Positions 9,378 through 19,309 of a stretch of 50,381 bases of DNA are shown here, piece by piece. The notes beneath the pieces are model-generated. The model made no database searches. It saw nothing but the letters and a program-made list of their open reading frames with translations, and was not told the DNA's origin. Numbering within the stretch: position 1 is the stretch's first letter; the number at the start of each line of letters is the position of its first letter. The translations under genes and the position numbers were made by a program. This stretch comes from Brooklawnia sp. (GTDB taxonomy: Bacteria > Actinomycetota > Actinomycetes > Propionibacteriales > Propionibacteriaceae): contig JBMNPP010000001.1 in the NCBI GenBank assembly GCA_050943675.1, forward strand, positions 1-50,381. Direction: 5' to 3'.

Positions 9378-10307
9378 GTGGCAGCACACCACAGCATTCG
9401 TCCAGCCAGCCGGCGGAGTCCGATCCTGTTGGCCGCTGCGGGCAGCGCCCTGGCTGTCGTCCTGGCCGGGTGCGGCGGCGGGACCGTCGTCTCGACGGCA
9501 CCGTCCACGTCAGCTACGCCCACGCCGGCCACAGCCAGCAGCCCACCGTCCACCACGAGCGAGCCGTCGGAGTCCGGTGCCGACACTGCAGCACACGCGA
9601 TTGTGTCCTGGGAGCACGACGGCATCTCGCTTGGAGACCTCGAGGCCTCCACCCAGGCACGATGGTTCTTCGGCCACCAGTCGGTTGGCGGCAACGTCCT
9701 GAAGGGTATCGGGGCGATGTACCGGGGGAACGGCCTGGGCCGGGCGAACCTGGTCAACGTCGCGGACGGCGAAGCCCTGCCCGAGTCAGGAGGCGTCATC
9801 GCGCATGCCCCGGTCGGCCGCAATGGTTACCCGTTGGAAAAGCTCGCTGACTTCGACGCGATCCTGCGCGCTGGCACGGCAGCCGAAATCGATACAGCGG
9901 TGCTCAAATTCTGTTACACCGACGTGCGGGCGGCCCGAACCGACATCCCGGCGCTGTTCGAGGAGTACCGCCGGGTGATGGCTGACCTGGAGCGGGACTT
10001 CCCCGAAGTGAGGTTCGTCTACGCCACGGTGCCGCTGAGGGTCGAGGGCGAGGCCGACAACGTGGCACGCACCGAACTGAACGCGATGATCCGTGCCGAG
10101 TACGCCGGTACCGGGCGCCTGTGGGACATCGCCGCCATCGAGGCCACCACCCTCGACGGTGAACAGGTCGGAGGTACCTTCGAGGGCCAGCCCTACCAGG
10201 CCCTCAACGCCGACTTCAGCCACGACGGCAGTCACCTGTTCGAAACCGGCACCGAGGTCGCCGCAGCACCGCTGCTCGAATTGGTCGTCCATGGACGGAT
10301 CGGCTGA
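9378..10307 (+). CDS. Lipoprotein with SGNH-like 'FFGHQSVG' domain
   Basis: LAGC lipobox and Ser/Thr/Pro linker, then FFGHQSVGGNV, GRNGYPLEK, LKFCYTD, DIAAIEA, HDGSHL. Confidence 0.85.
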   Translation: MAAHHSIRPASRRSPILLAAAGSALAVVLAGCGGGTVVSTAPSTSATPTPATASSPPSTTSEPSESGADTAAHAIVSWEHDGISLGDLEASTQARWFFGHQSVGGNVLKGIGAMYRGNGLGRANLVNVADGEALPESGGVIAHAPVGRNGYPLEKLADFDAILRAGTAAEIDTAVLKFCYTDVRAARTDIPALFEEYRRVMADLERDFPEVRFVYATVPLRVEGEADNVARTELNAMIRAEYAGTGRLWDIAAIEATTLDGEQVGGTFEGQPYQALNADFSHDGSHLFETGTEVAAAPLLELVVHGRIG

Positions 10308-10360
10308 CAGGCATCCCGGTACTCGTCTCTACTTGCTGGAAAGGGCTTTAGGCTGCCGGT

Positions 10361-11641
10361 ATGGTCACACTTCGCCTCGTACTGGCCGGAGCCACGATCA
10401 ACAACGGCAACCTGGGCGTCCAGGCCCTGGCTCGCTCGGTCGCCAACGCAGTCAACGTTGCCGTGCCCGGCAGCGGGTTGACCATCCTGGATGACGGCTG
10501 GGGTGTGCGGGCCGAGTCGTCCGACCGCTACCCCGACATCACCGTCGAGATGGCTGGAGTGCGCCGGTCGCGGCGGCTGCACCGGCCAGAAAGCTGGACC
10601 CGGGTCAGGTTGGCCCTGCTGCGCGGAGGCGGCCGGAACCCCGTCGCCCAGCGCATGGCAGCCGCTGACGCCGTCCTCGACATCAGCGGTGGCGACAGCT
10701 TCACCGACATGTACGGACCAACCAGGCTTCGCACGATCTGCCTGCCCAAGCTCGCCGCGATGCAGGCCCGCCGGCCGCTGGTGTTGCTGCCCCAGACGAT
10801 CGGACCGTTCGATACACGCCCGGGGCGCGAGATGGCGCAGCGGGTCGTCCGCGCGGCGACCCTCATCTACACACGTGACCAGACGAGCCACGACAGGTTG
10901 CTCGAGCTGACCGGAAATGCCGTCGAGGCGAGCCGGCTCCGCAGGGGTGTCGACGTCGCATTCGCGCTGGCAACAGCCGTGCCCCGCCCCGAAGTCCGGG
11001 CGCTTGTCGACCAGCTTTCGGCGCAGGGCAACCCGCTGGCCGGCGTGAACGTGAGCGGGCTGCTGGTACTGCCCGGCGCCACCCAGCAGTTCGGCCTGGC
11101 AGGCGACTACCTGGCCACCATGACCGAGTTGGTCCGTCGCCTGATCCGGCAGGACGTGACCGTGGTGTTGCTCTCGCACGTCTACGGCGGTGGCGGAAGG
11201 GGCGAGAGCGACAAGGTCGCCATTGATGCCCTGCTCGCACGACTGGACGACCCCGAACGTGGGCAGGTCGTGGTGCTTCCGATGGACATGGACGCCAGCG
11301 AGACGAAGTGGTGCGTCGGGCAGATGGACTGGTTCGTGGGCAGTCGCATGCACTCGACCATCGCCGGGCTTTCCTCACTGGTCCCCACCTTCGGCTATGC
11401 CTACAGCGACAAGACCGAGGGCGTCTTCAAGACCTGCGGGATGTCCTCGCAGGTGGCTGACGCGCGGGGGGTTTCGGGGGAGGAAGCGGTGCAATTGATG
11501 CTGCATTCGTTCTCCCAGCGTGGCCGGACTGCCGTCGAACTGAACGACCACGTGCCCGCGATCAACCAGCAGGCCCTCACCCAACTGGTCGACCTGTTCG
11601 TTGAACTACAGAACGCGTCCCGGTCAGGAGGGTCACGGTGA
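10361..11641 (+). CDS. Polysaccharide pyruvyl transferase family (WcaK-like)
   Basis: NGNLGVQAL, DISGGDSFTDMYG, LPQTIGPF, TRD, DVAF, GSRMHSTIAG, YSDK. Confidence 0.9.
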   Translation: MVTLRLVLAGATINNGNLGVQALARSVANAVNVAVPGSGLTILDDGWGVRAESSDRYPDITVEMAGVRRSRRLHRPESWTRVRLALLRGGGRNPVAQRMAAADAVLDISGGDSFTDMYGPTRLRTICLPKLAAMQARRPLVLLPQTIGPFDTRPGREMAQRVVRAATLIYTRDQTSHDRLLELTGNAVEASRLRRGVDVAFALATAVPRPEVRALVDQLSAQGNPLAGVNVSGLLVLPGATQQFGLAGDYLATMTELVRRLIRQDVTVVLLSHVYGGGGRGESDKVAIDALLARLDDPERGQVVVLPMDMDASETKWCVGQMDWFVGSRMHSTIAGLSSLVPTFGYAYSDKTEGVFKTCGMSSQVADARGVSGEEAVQLMLHSFSQRGRTAVELNDHVPAINQQALTQLVDLFVELQNASRSGGSR

Positions 11642-12582
11642 GCCGCGTCATTGCCGAGCCGGCAGAGCTGGTCAGCGCCACCACGACTGTGGCCGACGTG
11701 ATCGTGGCAGCTGTCACCTACAACAGCATCGACCACATCGAGGAATTCCTGGCCGCGCTGGGCCCGGCACTGGCCGGGGCCGGCACCTGTCAGGTGGTTT
11801 GTGTCGACAACGCCTCCGCCGATGGCACCCCTGACCTGATCCGCGAGCAGGCACCCTGGGTGGTGCTGTTGGAACCCGGCGCCAATCTCGGCTATGCCGC
11901 CGGTATCAACCTTGCATTGCGGGGCAGGCGCGCCCGGCGCGGTGTTTACGTACTCAACCCGGACGCGGTGCCCTCACCGGGCAGTGTGCGGCTGCTGGCC
12001 GATGCCGTGGCCCAGCACCCGTCGGTAGGGCTGGCCGTTCCCCGAGTGGTCAACCACGCCGGTGAGCTGAAGTTCTCGCTGCGCCGCGAACCCACTATCG
12101 TCCGCGCCCTGGGTGAGGCGGTCCTGGGTGGCCACCGGGCGGCGCGGTTCCCCGCACTGGGTGACATGATCCGTGACCCCGGGCACTACGTGGATGGCGC
12201 CACCGCCGACTGGGCCACCGGGGCAGCGATCTTCATTTCCGCCCAGGCGGGCAGCCTGGTCGGGCAGTGGGATGAGTCGTTCTTCCTCTACTCCGAAGAG
12301 ACCGACTACGCCTTGCGGGTCCGGGACGCAGGTTTGACGCTCAGGTACGTCCGGGACGCCGTCGTCGCCCACCCGGGTGGCGAGATGAGCCGTTCGCCCT
12401 GGTTGTGGAGCCTGGTCACGGTCAACCGCGTCCGGCTGTACCGCAAACGCCACGGCGTCCTGCCAGGCGCGGTGTACTGGGTGGTCGTCTTCTTCAACGA
12501 GGCCCTGCGTGCCGCGCTGGGACGCCCCACCCACCGGGCCGCAGTCAAGGCGCTGCTGTTCGGGCCGAAGCCACCGCAGTGA
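11638..12582 (+). CDS. Glycosyltransferase family 2
   Basis: VTYNS, VDNASADGT, NLGYAAGIN, LNPDA, DESFFLYSEETD. Confidence 0.92.
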   Translation: MSRVIAEPAELVSATTTVADVIVAAVTYNSIDHIEEFLAALGPALAGAGTCQVVCVDNASADGTPDLIREQAPWVVLLEPGANLGYAAGINLALRGRRARRGVYVLNPDAVPSPGSVRLLADAVAQHPSVGLAVPRVVNHAGELKFSLRREPTIVRALGEAVLGGHRAARFPALGDMIRDPGHYVDGATADWATGAAIFISAQAGSLVGQWDESFFLYSEETDYALRVRDAGLTLRYVRDAVVAHPGGEMSRSPWLWSLVTVNRVRLYRKRHGVLPGAVYWVVVFFNEALRAALGRPTHRAAVKALLFGPKPPQ

Positions 12583-14431
12583 CCAGCCGGTTGGCTTCGC
12601 GCCGCTGGTAGTCGTCCAGCCAGAGCTGGGCTGCCGCGACCCTGCCGAGCGTGAGCGCGGGGATGCCCGGACGGCCTGCCCTGAGGTCGGCCACCGCCTG
12701 GGTGACAGCGTCGTCGGCGATGAGGGAGGAGCCCTTGCCGGCCTCCAGCAGGTCAGCCAGCCGTGCGGCGTAGGTGGGCCGCGTCCGCACCCACAGATCG
12801 GCCGGGAAGACCGACAGCCGGGTGTCCAGCCAGTCCGCGGGCCTGCTGAAACCGGTGCGGGCCCGCAACTCGGCCGCACCGAACCGCGCGCCCAGGCGTA
12901 GCCCCCGGCGAGCACCCGAAATCGGGTGCCTGGCGGTGAGCCGCCCGAGTTGGCGCACGAACGGCGCCTCACCCGACCAGTAGACGTGGTTCAGCGCTCG
13001 GGGCGGGTTGCCGTCGTCGCTGCGCGGGATGCCGGCGGTGCGCGGGAATACCTCACGCTGCACCCGCAGGTAAAGCCTGCCGTTGCGCCGCTGGTCGGCA
13101 GACAGGCGGGCAGCCAGATGCAGGAAGCGCGAGTCGAGGAAGGGGATCTCACTGCGCAGTCCCTGACGCCGCAGCGCATTGGTGAGCATGGCTCCCCAGC
13201 GTTGCTGCCGGTTGTCGATCCGCCAGAACAGCACCATGTCCGGGCGGGCCCCGAGGTCCCACTCTGCGAGCGAATCAGCCAGCGACCGGTGGACGACCTG
13301 CTCGGCGTCCTGCCTGAGGTGGTGAGCCAGGAACGGGGTGATCCGCCTGGCCTCGGCTGCGTACCGCTTCCACTGCCGTTCGAGGATGGCTGCCGGGTCA
13401 CTCAGGCCGATCGCCTTGTCGTCGCCCCACAGCGTGCCACCGTCCAGCCCGTTGACGATCACGTCGGTGAAGCTGCGCAGCAGGTCAGCGAACCACAGCT
13501 CGTACATTTCGCTGGCGCTGTGCGCACCATCGAGCAGCGCCAGAGTCTCCTGCGAGTGGGCGAGCAGCCGTTCGTCAGCGATCGGAATGGACAGGTGGGG
13601 CAAGTCGAGCGCTTCGGCAACCCGGGTCCCGACAGCGCCCTCAGTGGTATCCACCGTGCCGTAGGTGTACGTCATCGGCCGCTGCCCCAGCGCCACCGCT
13701 GTCTCGGCGATCGCCCGGCTGTCCAGACCGCCACTCAGCCCGATGCTGGGTCGATCCGTCCCGCTGAGGGCATCCGAGATCACCTCGGGCCACAGCTGAG
13801 CGAACATCCCCACTGCATCGTCGTCGTCGATGTGATCGGAGGCCGGCATGAACAGCGGCTGCCGGCTCAATTCCGTCCTCCCCTGCTGCCAGCGCAGGGA
13901 CGCCCCTGCGGACAGCAGGGTCGCGTTGCGCAGCAGGGTCCGGTTCGCCATCGGATGCAGCATCGCCAGGTACTCGACCAGCCCCAGTTCGTCGGTTTCA
14001 GCGCCCAGGCCCAGGCTCACCAGCGAGGCCAGGTGCGTCGAGGCGAACAGGGTGCCGTCCCGAAGACCCCAGTAGGCGGGCAGCACGCCCACCCCGTCGG
14101 TAGTGATGAACACGGCACCATCGGGTTCCAGGACGGCCGTGACGTGCCCGGCCTCGGCCCCGACCGTCACGGCCGAGGATGCCGGGACGGCAAGACCACG
14201 CCGTGAGGTGGCGATGGTGATCCGGTGGCCGCCGTCGGCCGTGGTCGTGGTCGCGCGGGTGCCGCCCACCGGGGATGTCGCGACCAGCGCTGCAGCAGTG
14301 GTTCCACTGGTGAGCACCGAAGATGACTGGAAGCCCGGCACCTCGCCCGCGGCGTGTTCAAGTACCTTCAGGCGTTGTGCGCGAGCTTGTGGCTCGTCTT
14401 GCCCGGCGATCAGCAGGATTTCGTAAGACAT
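12545..14431 (-). CDS. Asparagine synthase-related amidoligase with degenerate N-terminal domain
   Basis: LSGGLDSR, NGLDGG, PFLD. No N-terminal Cys. Start placed at ATG 14431 (MSYEILL). Confidence 0.8.
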   Translation of the reverse strand: MSYEILLIAGQDEPQARAQRLKVLEHAAGEVPGFQSSSVLTSGTTAAALVATSPVGGTRATTTTADGGHRITIATSRRGLAVPASSAVTVGAEAGHVTAVLEPDGAVFITTDGVGVLPAYWGLRDGTLFASTHLASLVSLGLGAETDELGLVEYLAMLHPMANRTLLRNATLLSAGASLRWQQGRTELSRQPLFMPASDHIDDDDAVGMFAQLWPEVISDALSGTDRPSIGLSGGLDSRAIAETAVALGQRPMTYTYGTVDTTEGAVGTRVAEALDLPHLSIPIADERLLAHSQETLALLDGAHSASEMYELWFADLLRSFTDVIVNGLDGGTLWGDDKAIGLSDPAAILERQWKRYAAEARRITPFLAHHLRQDAEQVVHRSLADSLAEWDLGARPDMVLFWRIDNRQQRWGAMLTNALRRQGLRSEIPFLDSRFLHLAARLSADQRRNGRLYLRVQREVFPRTAGIPRSDDGNPPRALNHVYWSGEAPFVRQLGRLTARHPISGARRGLRLGARFGAAELRARTGFSRPADWLDTRLSVFPADLWVRTRPTYAARLADLLEAGKGSSLIADDAVTQAVADLRAGRPGIPALTLGRVAAAQLWLDDYQRREANRLVTAVASARTAAP

Positions 14432-14447
14432 GGTGTTCCCCACAGGT

Positions 14448-15410
14448 TCACTGCAGGGCGACCTCCCCTCCGGTGTCGTCCCAGGTGTTGCCCTCCCACA
14501 TGAACCCGGGACCACCGCCGGAGGTCACTCCGGCGACTGGACCGTACCTTCCGCAGGTCGGGAAGAACTGGCGGCTGAAGGTGTTGTTGATGATGCGGAC
14601 GTCCTGAGCCACCGGATAGGGCTTCGAGGTCAGCGAGCCCCCATAGACGCAGTACGAGCCATTCGTGGCCAGCGTATTGCCCTCCACCAGGACATCGTCC
14701 ACCTGCGCGAAATCGCCATACATCGACAGCGCGGCCGAACAACCCTCACCCTCGCAGACGATCGTGTTGCCCCTGATCACGTTGTGGGCACCGCCGTTGA
14801 GCCCGATGCCCGATCGGTGCGCGTCATCACCGGCCACCCAGTGGTCGGCCAGGATGTCGTTGTTCTCGATGGTCGTGTTGTCGGTGATGCGCACCCCGCT
14901 GGCTGCGTGGTGCACGATCGACGACCGCAGGGTGAAGGGGCAGCGTCCATAAACCGCCTTGGTTCCGGGGGCCAGGACTTCACGGTCGCCGATGACCTCG
15001 ATGTTTTCGACCACCACGCTGGCCGGGCACTGGCCGTCATCCTTGTGGGCAATGAGCACCGCATATTCGCCCTGGCGGGCGCTCTCGTGCAGGATTCGCA
15101 CGTTGCGGACGGTCACATTGTCGTGAACGATCCTGATGCCACCGCGGATCTCCAGCAGTTCGATGACCTGGCCCTCGGATTCGCTGGTCAGGCGTTCGCT
15201 GGCGGTCAGTTCCGAGTCGACCACCGTGATCCCCCGCTCGGGTGGCGGGCTGGCAGTCGCACTGCTCGGCGCAGCCCCACTGCCCGAAGGGGAGGTGCCA
15301 GGTTCGCTGCCCTGGGGAGTTGCGCAGGCACCCAATGCGACCAGGACCGCCAGGCATGCCGCGGCAGGCAGCCACGAGCGACGACGATTCCAACCGTGAG
15401 CACCTGTCAT
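14448..15410 (-). CDS. Lipoprotein with right-handed parallel beta-helix (pectin-lyase-like) domain
   Basis: LGAC lipobox and repeated NVTVRN/NTTIENN/VIRGNTI strands. Paralogous to the C-terminal domain of 15546-16997. Confidence 0.75.
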   Translation of the reverse strand: MTGAHGWNRRRSWLPAAACLAVLVALGACATPQGSEPGTSPSGSGAAPSSATASPPPERGITVVDSELTASERLTSESEGQVIELLEIRGGIRIVHDNVTVRNVRILHESARQGEYAVLIAHKDDGQCPASVVVENIEVIGDREVLAPGTKAVYGRCPFTLRSSIVHHAASGVRITDNTTIENNDILADHWVAGDDAHRSGIGLNGGAHNVIRGNTIVCEGEGCSAALSMYGDFAQVDDVLVEGNTLATNGSYCVYGGSLTSKPYPVAQDVRIINNTFSRQFFPTCGRYGPVAGVTSGGGPGFMWEGNTWDDTGGEVALQ

Positions 15411-15485
15411 GACGACCTCTGAAGGGTTCGAATTCCTATCATCATCGGTTAACGACGCCCCGACGACAAGAGCAAACGTTGATCC

Positions 15486-15525
15486 AAAGACTGCGGGCCC
15501 ACGACTTGGTGTCGCGGGCCCGCAG
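15486..15525 (-). terminator. Probable intrinsic terminator
   Basis: CTGCGGGCCCACGAC / GTCGCGGGCCCGCAG stem (one G-U on the minus strand) followed by TCTTT on the minus strand, 20 nt after the stop at 15546. Confidence 0.65.
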
Positions 15526-15545
15526 GGGTCGAGGATTTGTGGGGA

Positions 15546-16997
15546 TCAGCGCAGGTTCAATGGCTGTCCGGTCTCGTGCCAGACGTTGCCGGTGAATTCA
15601 TTGCCCCTGACGTTGTTGTCGAACCCTGCGATGGGGCCGTAGCGCCCGCAGGTGTCGTAGAACTCGGTCGAGAAGTGGTTGTCGATGAACCGGATGTTTG
15701 AGCCATGGGGATATGGCTTGCTCTTCAAGCTGCCACCGTAGGCGCAGTAGGAGCCGGTCGTCGCCAGCAGGTTGTGCTGGATCAGGTAGTTCTCGACCGG
15801 GGCGAAGTCGCCGTACATCGGCAGGGCGCCGGAGCATCCGGCCCCCGAGCACTTGACGACATTGTTGATCAGGGCGTTGTTCGAACCACCATTGATCCCG
15901 ATTCCGCCACGGTGCGCGCCGGAGTCACCGGTACGCGACGAGTAGACGTACGAGTTGGTGATCGTGGTGTCGTTGACGATCCGGGAGGATCGGCCAACAT
16001 TGTGGATGTAGCCGTGGTCGAAGGTGTAACCGCACTTCGGCGCGTACAGCGGGATATGGTTCTCGGCCGCGTTGGCGCCGTCGATCTCGACGTACTCGAA
16101 CTTGACGTTGACCGGGCAGGTGCCGTCCGCCTTGGCGACCACGTGGATCATGTAGGTTCCGGTGCCGTTGACCAGGACGTCACGAACGGTCACGTTGTCG
16201 TGGCGAACGGTCAGGCGTCCGTTCACGGTGGTGCGCTCGATGACCTGACCGGCTTCCGAACTGCTCAGCGACCCGGTGGTCGTCTGCGAGGGGTAGCGAG
16301 GACCGGTGGTCTCAGGAGTCGGCCACTCATCGTCGGCAACCGGCGTCGTGGGCTCGGGGTCGGGAGTCGGCTCGGGCTCGGGCGTGGGCTCGGGATCCGG
16401 AGTCGGCTCGGGGTCCGGCGTGGGCTCGGGGTCCGGAGTGGGCTCGGGCTCGGGGTCCGGAGTCGGCTCGGGCTCGGGCGTGGGCTCTGGGGTCGGGTTG
16501 GTCGAGTATGGAACACCGTCAATGGTGCTGTTGGTCACCGTCGCCGGATTTGAGTCTGACGACATGAAGTTGTTGCGGCAACCGTTGAGGGCCACCGAAT
16601 CCGCGGTGTAGTTGCCGAAGACGATGCCGTTGGTCCGGGGGCCGTCACAGTTGACGGTGGTGTTCTCGATGCGCGTCCCGTCAAAGCCGTCGTAGATGCG
16701 GATGGAGTGGTACCCGGTGAAACTCACCTCGGTGTTACGGATGGTGACGTTGTCGGCCTTCACGGCGATGGTTCCGCGCACGTGCATGGCATCAATGACG
16801 GTGCCCGGCTTGGTCACCGTGATTGAGCGCGACTCGGTCAACTGGATGCCACTGGGGACGCCGGCCGGGGCTGCCTGCGCGGGTGCGGTATAAGCGGTCA
16901 GAGTTCCGCCACACAGTGCAACAGCGGCCAACACTGCACCCAATCGCCGACGAACCCGACCTGACCGGGCGCCTTGGCGAACGTTTGGATTAGCCAT
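15546..16997 (-). CDS. Secreted protein with two beta-helix-like domains joined by a Pro-Thr-Pro-Glu/Asp linker
   Basis: ATG 16997 (MANPNVR). Basic N-region and signal peptide ending APAQA. Short beta-helix, PTPE linker, then a Cys-containing beta-helix domain. Confidence 0.78.
   Translation of the reverse strand: MANPNVRQGARSGRVRRRLGAVLAAVALCGGTLTAYTAPAQAAPAGVPSGIQLTESRSITVTKPGTVIDAMHVRGTIAVKADNVTIRNTEVSFTGYHSIRIYDGFDGTRIENTTVNCDGPRTNGIVFGNYTADSVALNGCRNNFMSSDSNPATVTNSTIDGVPYSTNPTPEPTPEPEPTPDPEPEPTPDPEPTPDPEPTPDPEPTPEPEPTPDPEPTTPVADDEWPTPETTGPRYPSQTTTGSLSSSEAGQVIERTTVNGRLTVRHDNVTVRDVLVNGTGTYMIHVVAKADGTCPVNVKFEYVEIDGANAAENHIPLYAPKCGYTFDHGYIHNVGRSSRIVNDTTITNSYVYSSRTGDSGAHRGGIGINGGSNNALINNVVKCSGAGCSGALPMYGDFAPVENYLIQHNLLATTGSYCAYGGSLKSKPYPHGSNIRFIDNHFSTEFYDTCGRYGPIAGFDNNVRGNEFTGNVWHETGQPLNLR
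16351..16496 (-). repeat. Coding tandem repeat encoding a PTPEPE/PTPDPE linker
   Basis: Imperfect 18/24-bp units such as ggctcggggtccggagtc. Confidence 0.9.
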
Positions 16998-17256
16998 TTT
17001 GGGGGGATTCCTTTGGTTGACTTGCCCAGACACCTCCGTGACTGGGATCCCTCGGAAAGATAAGCAAATCTTAACATTTTCTTGGATCTGTCTCACCCCC
17101 CGGGGGTGCAAAAAACTCTGACTGGACTGCAACGCCGCCAGTGGGGGCGATTTCAAGGATGATTAATCTCTTGGACTTCGGTTAGCGACTAGGCTGTGAG
17201 CCACGGTTTCCCTGACTACTAGGGAGGTCCCGGACTGCAGAGGGAGGTCTCGGGAA

Positions 17257-19305
17257 ATGATCCGACGCGCGAATGTTCGCCGTTGGGCACTCCTCGTCCT
17301 CATCGGGCTCCTCGGGCTCGGCCTGACTGCCGCAGCAAGTTGGGCGGCCCTCAAACTTCCGCCCTACCGGTACCAGGCCACCTCGCAGGCACTACTGCTG
17401 TTACCCACCGAATCCCGGACCCTGCGCACCCCGGTCAACCCCTACCTGTACCGGCCTTCCGGCCTGATCAGGCTGGCCAATGTGCCCTTGCCGCTGATCC
17501 GCAGCGCAGACTTCCACCAAGAGATGCAGGCAGCAGGTTTCGAGTCGCAGTTCGAGTCGGACGTCGAGATCACTGATCCGATCGTCCGGTTCAGCGTCGA
17601 GGGTCCCGACCCAGACGACGTCGACGCCACCATGCACGAACTCCGGCAACAGTACGACCAGATGATCGCGGCCGCCCAGACCGAGGAGGGCGTCCCGGAC
17701 CGCCAAGTGGCCAGGGTGCTGCCGATCCAGTCGGTACCGGCCACCGCCTTGACCGGGGACCGGAACCGGGCGGCACTGATGGCTGGGGTGGTCGGCTTCC
17801 TGCTCACCGTGCTGGGGCTGTCCATCGTCAACAGACGCCTGCCGCCCGCAACTGGTACGACGGCCGCGAGCCCTGCCCAGCCAGCACAATCCCCTGTCCC
17901 GACAACATCCAGGCAGGGCAGGCCGAAGCGCCGCCGCAACCGGGCCACTGCGTCTGGAGGCATGCAGTTGCCCGCCGTCGCCTTCCTCATCGGATACGTC
18001 GTGCTGCTGCTGCTGATTCCGTCCCGGCTGATCGTGGGAGCCATCGGCAGCCCCGGCAAACCCGCAAGCCTCTGGTCGCTGCTGGGTCTCGGCCTTTGGC
18101 TGCTCATGACGATCGCCGGCCTGAACCAGGGTCGGAGCCGTCCCATCCGGATCGCCGCCGGGATGGTCGCCCTCACCACTGCCACCGCCTACATCTCGGG
18201 CAACATGCTTGGCTGGTACCAGTCGGCCGACATCCACCAGCGCTCCGATTCACGGTGGCGTCTTGCCACTCAACCCGAACTCCAGGAAGTCATGATCAGC
18301 GCCGGCGACCGCGGGCTGCTCGCGATGGCCGGGTGGCTTGGCCTCGTCCTGCTGACCGCGGAGGGGATGCGCTCCTGGCGCGACCTGGAACTGCTGACGA
18401 CCTGGCTTGTCAGGCTGGCCGGGGTGGTGGCTGCCCTGGGGTTGCTGCAGTACTTCACCGGCACCAATGTGGCAGCGATGATCCGGGTGCCCGGCCTGTC
18501 CACGGGTTCGGACTTCGTCACGTTCACCCGAGCCGACCTCAACCGGGTGGTCGTCACATCCGGGCACCCCATCGAGTACGGCGTCATCATGGCCACCCTG
18601 CTGCCGCTGGCGCTGCACCGCAGCTTCTACAACCGGAAAATTGGCTCGTGGATACCCACCGGGCTGATCGGCATCGCCGTCCTGCTGTCGGTGTCGCGCT
18701 CGGCGATCCTCGTGGCCGGCGGCGCCTTCATCGTTCTCTTCCTCGGCTGGTCGTGGCGGCGACGGATCACTGCGCTGGTCTGCGCACCGGTGCTGGCGGT
18801 GGCGGGACGCGCGGTATTCCCCGGCCTGCTCGGGACGGTGCGAGCACTGTTCGTCAACGTCGACGTTGACCCGAGTGTTGCCGGACGCATCGACGACTAC
18901 CCGTTCGTGATCCGCTTCTTCAGCGAGAACCCCCTGTTCGGGCGGGGCCTGTTCACTTGGGCCACCTACTACTACCGGACCCTGGACAACGAGGTCTTCA
19001 TGATCCTGCTCGAGTTGGGCGCCCTGGGCCTGGCGGCCTTCATCGGGCTGGTCCTCACTGGTGTGGTGAGCGGGGTGGGTTGCCACTGGCTGACCCCCGA
19101 CCCCCGAAAACAGCACCTGGGTCTGTGCCTGGCCGCCAGCATCACCGGGATCAGCCTCAGCTACATCACCTTCGACACCCTGGGTTTCGCCCAGGCTGCC
19201 GGGCTGACCTTCCTGTTGGTCGGCATGGCGGGAGCCGCCTGGCGGCTCAGCCAGCAGGACCGGCATACGATTTTGACCAGCCAACCCCGACTGTGGAGGA
19301 GGTAA
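17257..19305 (+). CDS. Fusion of a Wzz-like chain-length regulator and a Wzy/O-antigen ligase-like polymerase
   Basis: N-terminal ~200 aa have a TM-YQATSQ-loop-TM layout like the neighbouring gene. C-terminal multi-TM part has SGHPIEYG, SRSA, R-x-PLFGRG and LDNE...ELG. Confidence 0.8.
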   Translation: MIRRANVRRWALLVLIGLLGLGLTAAASWAALKLPPYRYQATSQALLLLPTESRTLRTPVNPYLYRPSGLIRLANVPLPLIRSADFHQEMQAAGFESQFESDVEITDPIVRFSVEGPDPDDVDATMHELRQQYDQMIAAAQTEEGVPDRQVARVLPIQSVPATALTGDRNRAALMAGVVGFLLTVLGLSIVNRRLPPATGTTAASPAQPAQSPVPTTSRQGRPKRRRNRATASGGMQLPAVAFLIGYVVLLLLIPSRLIVGAIGSPGKPASLWSLLGLGLWLLMTIAGLNQGRSRPIRIAAGMVALTTATAYISGNMLGWYQSADIHQRSDSRWRLATQPELQEVMISAGDRGLLAMAGWLGLVLLTAEGMRSWRDLELLTTWLVRLAGVVAALGLLQYFTGTNVAAMIRVPGLSTGSDFVTFTRADLNRVVVTSGHPIEYGVIMATLLPLALHRSFYNRKIGSWIPTGLIGIAVLLSVSRSAILVAGGAFIVLFLGWSWRRRITALVCAPVLAVAGRAVFPGLLGTVRALFVNVDVDPSVAGRIDDYPFVIRFFSENPLFGRGLFTWATYYYRTLDNEVFMILLELGALGLAAFIGLVLTGVVSGVGCHWLTPDPRKQHLGLCLAASITGISLSYITFDTLGFAQAAGLTFLLVGMAGAAWRLSQQDRHTILTSQPRLWRR

Positions 19306-19309
19306 CAGC

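Noticed and set aside
16351-16496. CRISPR-like or non-coding tandem array
   Set aside because: In-frame coding repeat for a Pro-Thr-Pro-Glu linker, with no unique spacers and no cas genes.
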